Assembly (NCBI GenBank): GCA_030141605.1
Contig: JAQGDQ010000898.1
Location: 1 to 64,000 of the forward strand
Length of the DNA stretch: 64,000 nt
Origin: Tubiluchus corallicola
Lineage: Eukaryota; Animalia; Priapulida
Reading direction: 5' to 3'
The position numbers were made by a program, and so were the translations under genes. Below are positions 55,931-64,000 of this stretch, piece by piece. Under the pieces are notes generated by a model. That model did no database searches. It saw only the letters and a program-made list of their open reading frames with translations, and had not been told where the DNA came from. Each line of letters begins with the position of its first letter. The first letter of the stretch is position 1.

Positions 55931-57763
55931 GTACTAAGTACACACCCACACATTCTGACTAACTTAGCATGATCCCTCGTCTAATGTGGTACTGGTATCT
56001 CTTCAAAACATAAAAAATATTTTCCTGGCTTAACGGATGTTTCATAAAGCGGGTTCGCTCGAAAAAAGAACTGTGCCGACGTTTTCGCTTTGCGCATGCG
56101 CAGATTAGACTGCTCGCTCGTAGTACAGTTCATAAGCTTTGGTTTTACAGTGTGACGACGGGTGTCATTTTAAGATATTTAGTTGTGATAAATGGCGTGT
56201 TTAACTGCAGCTATTTTCGCCGTGAGCTTTCCACTTTTCTGCCAGCTATTCATTTTTACTGGCCTTGTGACATGTTTTGGCTTTTAAATAGAAGCACAGT
56301 CAGGAAGCCAGGGAGTCGAAAGTACGCCAACCTTCAGTTTTATCAAAGTACACGGTTACTTTGAGTTAGCATATTACGCTCATGTCATGTCAGGTGCATA
56401 CGTTGCATGTATTATTATCACAGAAAGCTGCTATATCAAACGGTGCAATGAGAAACTAGCAACGTTACTGTGGAAGTTGTAACTGTATATTTTTAGGTGA
56501 TGCCATCTATTGACTAATCACTTTACATTTACTAGCCAAACTCACCCCTAGTACAATTGTTCGGTCCAGTGAATATGCATACTCACTGGATCTCCCCCTA
56601 TTTTACTGTAATGGTATTTGTGAAGCCAAGTTTGCATAATTACTTCTACCTATATATACTGACTGGATTCTACTTCTAGTCACTCTCTGTCTCACTCTCA
56701 ATGCAGTGCAGAAGTCATGCTAGTTGTAATACTCACGTCACTTACTGACTAACTCTCAGTGATCAGTGCAGGACACTCTGGTCCTCAGTGTGCAGTGTAG
56801 CAGTCATTCTACATATGTGTATGTAGTCTAATAAACGTTTTCAGTTTTGTGCAGATATGTAGTACAGTGTTTTATTCTTTTTCTACAAAGTGTTCAACTA
56901 CAACCTCATACATGACTTTCACAGTTACTGAGCATAGCAATGGAAGCCACTGTTTTAACTGACACTGAACTAGTAAATATAAAGAACGAAGCCTACATCA
57001 AAAATGACCATTTACACACTAGAAGAAATTCGTTAGAATTCAAAAGTCAAGATCCAAAGATTAAGATGGCTACGACATCTTCCAAGTTTACCAAATGAAG
57101 CACCAGTAAGAATCGCCTTAAAGGAAGCCTTAAAACCTTGCAAAAACCAATTGGCAAACTAAAAACAACGTGAATAGCTAAGATAAATAAAGTCTTCAAC
57201 CAAATCTACCTTCAGGAATAAATAGTCTTCAACCAAATCTACCTTCAGGAATAAAAGAACTTGCTGTTATCTGCAGAAAGGAGTGGGTGGAATACTCTAA
57301 AAATGATAAGCCTCAATATCAACAAAAAATGTAATGGGACCTTGAAGGTTGCTACACGTTAGCATGGCAGAATGCTATTCATCACTCTTGAACGTTATTG
57401 TACCATTTAATGATCACTTTCTGTTGGCACAAGTGTTTGTGGTGTGTTACACAACAGTAGGCATTCACTGCAACTGTTTGTGGTTTGTAAACCAAACCGA
57501 CAAGAGAGTGATGAAATAGCTAACAATGAATCAATAAACGAAATATCCATACAAGCAGTAGAACAAGGTAATGAAAATTCTGTAGAAGTCCTGCCCTCAG
57601 TGCAAAACAAAAATGAGTCTTGTGAAAGAAACGAACCTGACTGCGATCATGCAGATTCAGTTTTTAAATCCCCCCCCCCTAAGCAAGCAAAACAAATCGA
57701 TCATGACCGAAGTTCAAGCGAAAACGTTCAATTTTCGCCACAACAAAGTATAAACAGAGTTAA

Positions 57764-58225
57764 CCCTTTCAGTCCCAAATTATTTTTTTAATAAGAAAAT
57801 TTTTTTTGGCTTGGTACTTTTATTCAGTATGTCCATCTTGTTTACACATAATAATTATTTTTTTCTACCTGTGCCCGCATGCTAAATATATCCCGCATCC
57901 CACGGGATACATAGGGATTCAATGGAAGCACAAAATGTGCTTCATTTTGCAACTGCTGATGATTTTTTAAAGTATTTAAGACATTTAGTATGCACGCTAT
58001 GCTGATCTGTACAAAGTCGCCTCTAAACTACTGTACCTTGCGCAGTTTTTTTTATGCTGTGTAGATTTTCTAGTTTGTCATTTTATCACCATTTTTAGTC
58101 TCTTGTTACTGGCTTAAATCAAAATAACTATTAACAGATCAAATAACTGTCAGTTTTAAAATTTTATTAATTTTAAAGGCAGAAAATATTCTCGTATCCC
58201 ACGGGATACAACGGGCATGAAAGGG
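57764..58225 (+). mobile_element. TTAA MITE family A, copy 8
   Basis: TIRs and TTAA TSD. Confidence 0.88.
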
Positions 58226-58479
58226 TTAAAAGTATAAACATAAGTTAGTGATAAACAAATAAATAAAATAACACGAACAGCACCGGATTATGACCTTTTC
58301 GGGCACCTAGGCTAACGACATTATGGTGCCCCTCCACAGAGGCCCTTTATCGCAAATAAGGGGCTACAAACAGAGCCAACTTTTTAAAAATTGGGTTTTC
58401 AGACGCCAGGGCCTCCTTTTTGAATATTTTCAAAAAAAATATTTGAAAATATTTTAGCAGGGCCTCAGAAATCTTGAGA

Positions 58480-58500
58480 AGCAGTAGCAGTAGCAGTAGC

Positions 58501-58574
<74 letters not shown>

Positions 58575-58581
58575 CAGCAGC

Positions 58582-58631
<50 letters not shown>

Positions 58632-58668
58632 CGGCAGCGGCAGCGGTAGCAGTAGCAGTAGCAGTAGC

Positions 58669-58751
<83 letters not shown>

Positions 58752-58842
58752 CAGTAGTAGCAGTAGTAGTAGTAGCAGTAGCAGTAGCAGTAGCAGTAGC
58801 AGTAGCAGTAGTAGTAGTAGTAGCAGTAGCAGTAGCAGCAGC

Positions 58843-58928
<86 letters not shown>

Positions 58929-59088
58929 CAGTAGCAGCAGCAGTAGTAGCAGTAGTAGTAGCAGTAGCAGCAGCAGTAGCAGTAGCAGCAGCAGTAGTAG
59001 CAGTAGCAGCAGCAGTAGTAGCAGTAGCAGCAGCAGTAGCAGTAGCAGCAGTAGTAGTCATTGTCGTCGTAGTAGTAGTAGTAGTAGA
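58480..59088. repeat. Compound (AGC/AGT)n trinucleotide repeat
   Basis: Direct reading. Confidence 0.96.
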
Positions 59089-59149
59089 CATCATGTAGAA
59101 GAAATTCTGAAATAAACACAGCTTAATGCATTCGATTGTTTTACCGAAT

Positions 59150-59386
59150 ATAGTAATAAAGTGGTAAAACAGTAGTAGTTGTCTTGATGAACAAACGTAG
59201 CAGTAAAGTGGTAAAACAGTAGTACTTGTCTTGATGAACAAACGTAGTAGTAAAGTGGTAAAACAGTAGTACTTGTCTTGATGAACAAACGTAGTAGTAA
59301 AGTGGTAAAACAGTAGTAGTTGTCTTGATGAACAAACGTAGTAGTAAAGTGGTAAAACAGTAGTAGTCGTCTTGATGAACAAACGT
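59150..59386. repeat. 47-bp minisatellite, about 5 units
   Basis: GTAGTAGTAAAGTGGTAAAACAGTAGTAGTTGTCTTGATGAACAAAC repeated. Confidence 0.9.
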
Positions 59387-60570
59387 TGTTCAAGACAAAC
59401 AGATAATGAATCACTGTATTGTTCAGAGGACAGGAAGCGAATACCATAAACTGAACAGTTCATTTAACCAGCACCATTGACAAATTTTCCAGAGAAAGCT
59501 TAAGTAAAAACGATTTTTAATTTTACAATATCAGTCACGTGATCAGTGACCTTCTTCTTCTTCTTTGACTCATCTGGTCTAGGGCCTCCATAATTCCATC
59601 CACATTCACTTTATAACTGCCATCAGTTTGATTAAATTTAGTCATAAAGTTGGAATTAAGTCACAGCAGGCTAATAAACTAAGCGAGGAAAATACAGTGA
59701 CTTGCCATAACATGGAAAATACTTGATAGGGGGCCAATCACTACCCCTTCTGCAACATATTTTAGTACAGCTTGCAGCAAATTTTGACATCCTAAAACAT
59801 TTTTGTCCAATTGCGAATGCTGCTTATAACAATAAAAAACTCTTGTTACATTTTTACAACCCACAACCAGAAAACATCTCTAAATTAGAGTGAAGGAAAT
59901 TAATTATGCAAAAATAATAAAATATGCAAAACACAATTTCGCATTCAAATTTTGATCACTTAAAACTTTGACTTTGAACAGCTGCAAGCTAGCTAATTTA
60001 CAGTGTTTAGCTTTAGATGATGCACTAGCACACCACAAACACTTATGTTTACAAGTAACTGTGTATATATAATGTTTAATGAATGATAACAATGATGAAT
60101 GGAAATATATCGAGTAACAAAAATGAACTGAAATAAATTGGAAACACGCGGCAAAAAGCTACATCATTTTTCTCAATCGAACATTAACATTTTACACGAC
60201 TTTACATGGATTTTGAAATGAGTTTTCAGTTGCATAGGAAATAATAATAATGGAAACACAATGGAAACAGAAATTAAATGAAATGATCAGAAATTATTCT
60301 AGTAAACGGTAACACAATGGAAAGGCAATTTATTTGACATTCAGAAAAATCGTAAAACAAATTCTTTTTTTAAGCTTATTGTTCCTATGTAAAATGTGTG
60401 ATGATGCTAAATCAAACGTTTAGGTTCATTGTCTTTGTATATTGTGTTTTGTTATGTTGTATTGCATTGTATTATATTGTATTGTATTGTACTGTATTGT
60501 ATTATATTTTATCATATTGGATTGCATTGTATGTATTGTATCGTGTCGTGTCATATCGTATCGTATCGTA

Positions 60571-61061
60571 CAGGGATGAGAATGAGAAATTGTAAAAAAC
60601 TCTGAAACAGGCCGGAGGTTTGGGGGCCACGTAGGCCCCCATGGGGGTTCAAGGGGGCGAAGCAACAAATTGCAATTTTGTGACCATAGAAAGCCTCTAA
60701 GTGGACTTAAAATATCAATTACCTTGTTTCATGTATAATTTAAAATACCCAACTATCAAGGATACATGATACATAATTGTCTCAAAAACGCCTAAGTACT
60801 GGCTGCTCCCATGCAAAAGTATATAAAAACTGTCTGCAATTGACTCAAATAACTCCGCACAATTGATTCTATATTTTTATACATAGAGATATACACGTGG
60901 TTACACTGATGTACGTGATGTAAACAAAGTGACGGCCTGCCAACTAGCGGTCAGCTTGTGAAATAATGTACTGGGTCCGTAAAAATTTTCTCAACGAATT
61001 TACGCGATTTACAAAAATGGCACTACTGGTCTTCCAGAAACTCGGAAAATTCTCATCCCTG
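60571..61061 (+). mobile_element. hAT-type MITE family C, copy 3, beside an (ATTGT/ATCGT)n tract
   Basis: Same TIR and body; TSD not clean. Confidence 0.85.
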
Positions 61062-61187
61062 GTCGTATTGTAGTCATCAATAAACTTATTATAACATTTC
61101 AAGTTTGAAAACACGAGAATAGCCATGGATATATTGGCGTAGCCAGTGACTGTAAAATACTAAATAACTTGAAAACCAAGTAACACC

Positions 61188-62026
61188 CAATGTTGTTCCG
61201 ATAGATTGGTTGCCGATTTTCGCGAAAAATGGGGTATCGGGTTCGAGGAAAATCAAAAAATCAGTATTGGTTCGGTGTCAGTTTCGATGAATACCGAGAG
61301 ATCGGTGTCGATTTGGGTCATTTTTTTCTGGTTCTGACCAACACTGACACTGACAACACATACTGCGAAAGGTCTCCCTGTTAGCGTAATTACTTGATGA
61401 TGCTAAACAACAATCAATGATGGGTTAATCTATGAACTATGAACTATGAATTTTATTTCACACATCAAAATACAATATTGTACACATATATAAACAATAA
61501 ATAAAATGATTTGAGTAGCGTGAGGTGATTGTACGACCATACGGTCATTAACACACTCACCTTACTTAAATGAAAACGAAAAAATTATTAAAGTTATGCG
61601 TGCTTTTGTAGATGACTTAATGAAATTGATGTAATAAAGTAAATGATGTAATAATAGCAAGGAAACATAAGGAAAACATTAAGAAAGGAAAATATAATAT
61701 GTAATTACAATTTTGATATAGGCTGCGATGAATGAATAATTTCATTTAAATTGATTTATACCTTTTACTAATAAAGTAACAAAGGTCGTAATGGTACCTA
61801 TTAGTAAAAGAAAAACATTAGTGCAAAAAGACACACGTGCACAAAAAAAAGAAAAACCTCTGGTTTTCTATGCCAATGAATATTTACTAATCGGTATCGG
61901 TTTTCAAAGAAAATCAATAATTGATATCAGTTCGCTATCGGTTTCGAGCAGAATCTAAAAATCGGTATGTTTCGCGGAAATTCCAAAGATCACTATCAGT
62001 TTTTTTTCGGGTTCGGAACAACACTG
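61188..62026. mobile_element. Probable degenerate DNA transposon with ATCGGT subterminal repeats
   Basis: TIR CARTGTTGTTCCGA at both ends; no clear TSD. Confidence 0.45.
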
Positions 62027-62482
62027 GTATTATGGTGATATTTTTCTGACTACCGATGGCTACAGTAAATCAATAACATTTGCCACCACTACGGTCAAAT
62101 AGCTGAAGACAAATGATAACAGGAATTCGAAACGTGCGCCATCGTGCGGTATAAAAACGAAAAAAATATTAATAACTAAGACGATTAGCGATGCAAGGTT
62201 GGTAAGATCTCTAGGCAGATTGAGAAAATGGGAAAACTTGGGAATTATCGCGTGACTTCTGACAACTGGTTGAAAAAATCACTTTTTCCATCACATAATG
62301 TAGTGCAATAGGACGATGTGGTCACAATGGCAAGTGATTTACGGATGTATTATAATTCCCAGAAAATTCATGGCGCAATAAGTATTAAATATGACAGAAA
62401 ATAACAGCTGGATAACACACCCACTTATAGTCGCACTTTTTAAGACTGACCTATCATTCATACAGCCAAAAGTATCATTAAG

Positions 62483-62845
62483 CAGGCCCTATTTCAGGGG
62501 GGAGTGAGGATACTTCCCCGGGGCCTCACCCTCCAGGGGGGCCTTGTGCCAAGGTAAGATTTTTTTGCTTTATGCGAACATACTGCCTCCTCTCCCCCTC
62601 TCTCTCTCTCTTGCCGCACGCCAGTATTGCCAGTATTGACAAGTATTAAGGACTGGTCTTGAGAATAAAGCAGTTTTTCTTTCAATTGTTCTTTCCTTTA
62701 ACAACTGTATGACTCCATATTTTCTCTTCGAAAATGCTTCTCCGGCCTTCTAGCAGTTCAAAAATTTTGTGGGCGCCCCCCTCCCCCCGAAGGGGCCTCA
62801 CACGCCCCACTTCCCTGGGACTCGCTTAGGCTGAAATAGGCCGTG
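62483..62845 (-). mobile_element. hAT MITE family E, copy 3 (uninterrupted)
   Basis: TIRs; TSD TCATTAAG/CCATTAAG. Confidence 0.85.
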
Positions 62846-64000
62846 CCATTAAGTAGCTATCCAAGTATGCGACACAGCATGCCGTATACTTACCATTTAA
62901 CTTGCAGCATTACTTACTAAATTACAATCTTGTACTTCTTAATATTGCACTCTATTGTATAGAAATTTTCCAAAACAGTCAACACTATAAGTACTCTGTA
63001 AGCCAACACACAGCTTCTTAATCGATCAATTTCCTTGCAAACCCTCATGTTGAAATATTTTATATTTGAAATTATCCTGTAAAATGTCATCTAAAGCTTT
63101 TGTGATTAACCCAGCTTGTCACGAATCTCTTGTGAAAACGAAACACAACATAACTAGTATTTTACCACTTCTACCAAGATGTGTGCTGCCCCCAATTGGC
63201 AGCTCTGTATACTACATGTTCTTGCCAATCTTGTACTCCGCTCATACCTTTACATGCACGGTAGGGTATTTTGTTTCGTTTTATTTGTTTTTACTGTCGG
63301 AAAATAGCCTTTGGCTAATGTTATTTTTGAAATATTCGAAAATAAATGAAAGTTTTACTACTACAACTACTAAATGTCTATTGCTTCAAAAATGTGTTAA
63401 AACAAAGTGATTTCTTATATTATCTTAAGTTTATGTACGTACACTTAAAATAGAGCAAGCATTAGAAAAGCAAATGTGAGTGTTCTTTCAAAAGAACTAA
63501 TGGCGTTTCTCATCTTTTATGATGGGTTTCCCGATGTGCGTTTTGGTTTAAAAAATTCCTTGACAGATGTCAGCACCGTGCACTAAGTACAGCAATTCGG
63601 ACTTTTGTATGGGTTTCCTGTATTACGGACTAATGACGCTGCAAATCGTTAGGCAGCAAAGAACTCGAGAATATCACGGGACCCAGAACTTAAGAGAATT
63701 CAATAACGCGAAAGAAAAGTCCAACAAATATCAAGATGGTACGATTTAAACAGGTGTATTTCAAACACTGGACGCAGGTACAAAATGCTAAGAGTAAAAA
63801 GATGAATCAGAATCAAACAAACTGAAGCTAAAAAACAATGATAATAATAACAATAATAAACAAATATGTTTCTTAATACAGAAGTTACCGTCGATCGATA
63901 AAACAGAATAGTAGTTCAATAATGTCTGCTCGTTAATTGATGATTGGTTTCAAATCACTTTCAAATAATGTATTTGTATAAAATTGTGATGATGTGCATG

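Noticed and set aside
56091-56102. NRF1 palindrome TGCGCATGCGCA as a promoter
   Set aside because: Isolated motif, common in transposon ends; no other support
56940-57791. Interrupted + strand coding-like sequence
   Set aside because: Multiple stops; perhaps a decayed retroelement ORF1 but no diagnostic motif

Overview
Eukaryotic (animal, invertebrate-like) AT-rich genomic DNA with no prokaryotic features. The window appears to lie within a MAGI (membrane-associated guanylate kinase, inverted) gene on the minus strand. Three conserved coding exons are recognisable (GK-like domain, GK-WW linker plus start of WW1, end of WW1), with a candidate 27-nt microexon after WW1. The exons encoding PDZ0 and the start of GK were not found, so that intron is probably >49 kb. 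That intron holds several phase-1 candidate alternative 5' exons (a 232-codon exon at 34257-34953 and a shorter one at 42724-42793). It also holds an antisense nested gene for a small secreted, probably GPI-anchored six-cysteine protein (23769-24143). The rest is dense mobile DNA: 8 copies of a TTAA (piggyBac-type) MITE, several hAT MITE families with 8-bp TSDs, a TA-flanked MITE family in which one copy has grown a 42-bp satellite, a long-TIR element, bipartite RTE elements, a 5S-rRNA-headed RTE-tailed SINE, a tRNA SINE, LINE fragments (one with an uninterrupted 524-codon RT nested inside a MITE), and many micro/minisatellites. Exon assignments come from splice signals, phase and remembered family motifs; no alignment or expression data were available.
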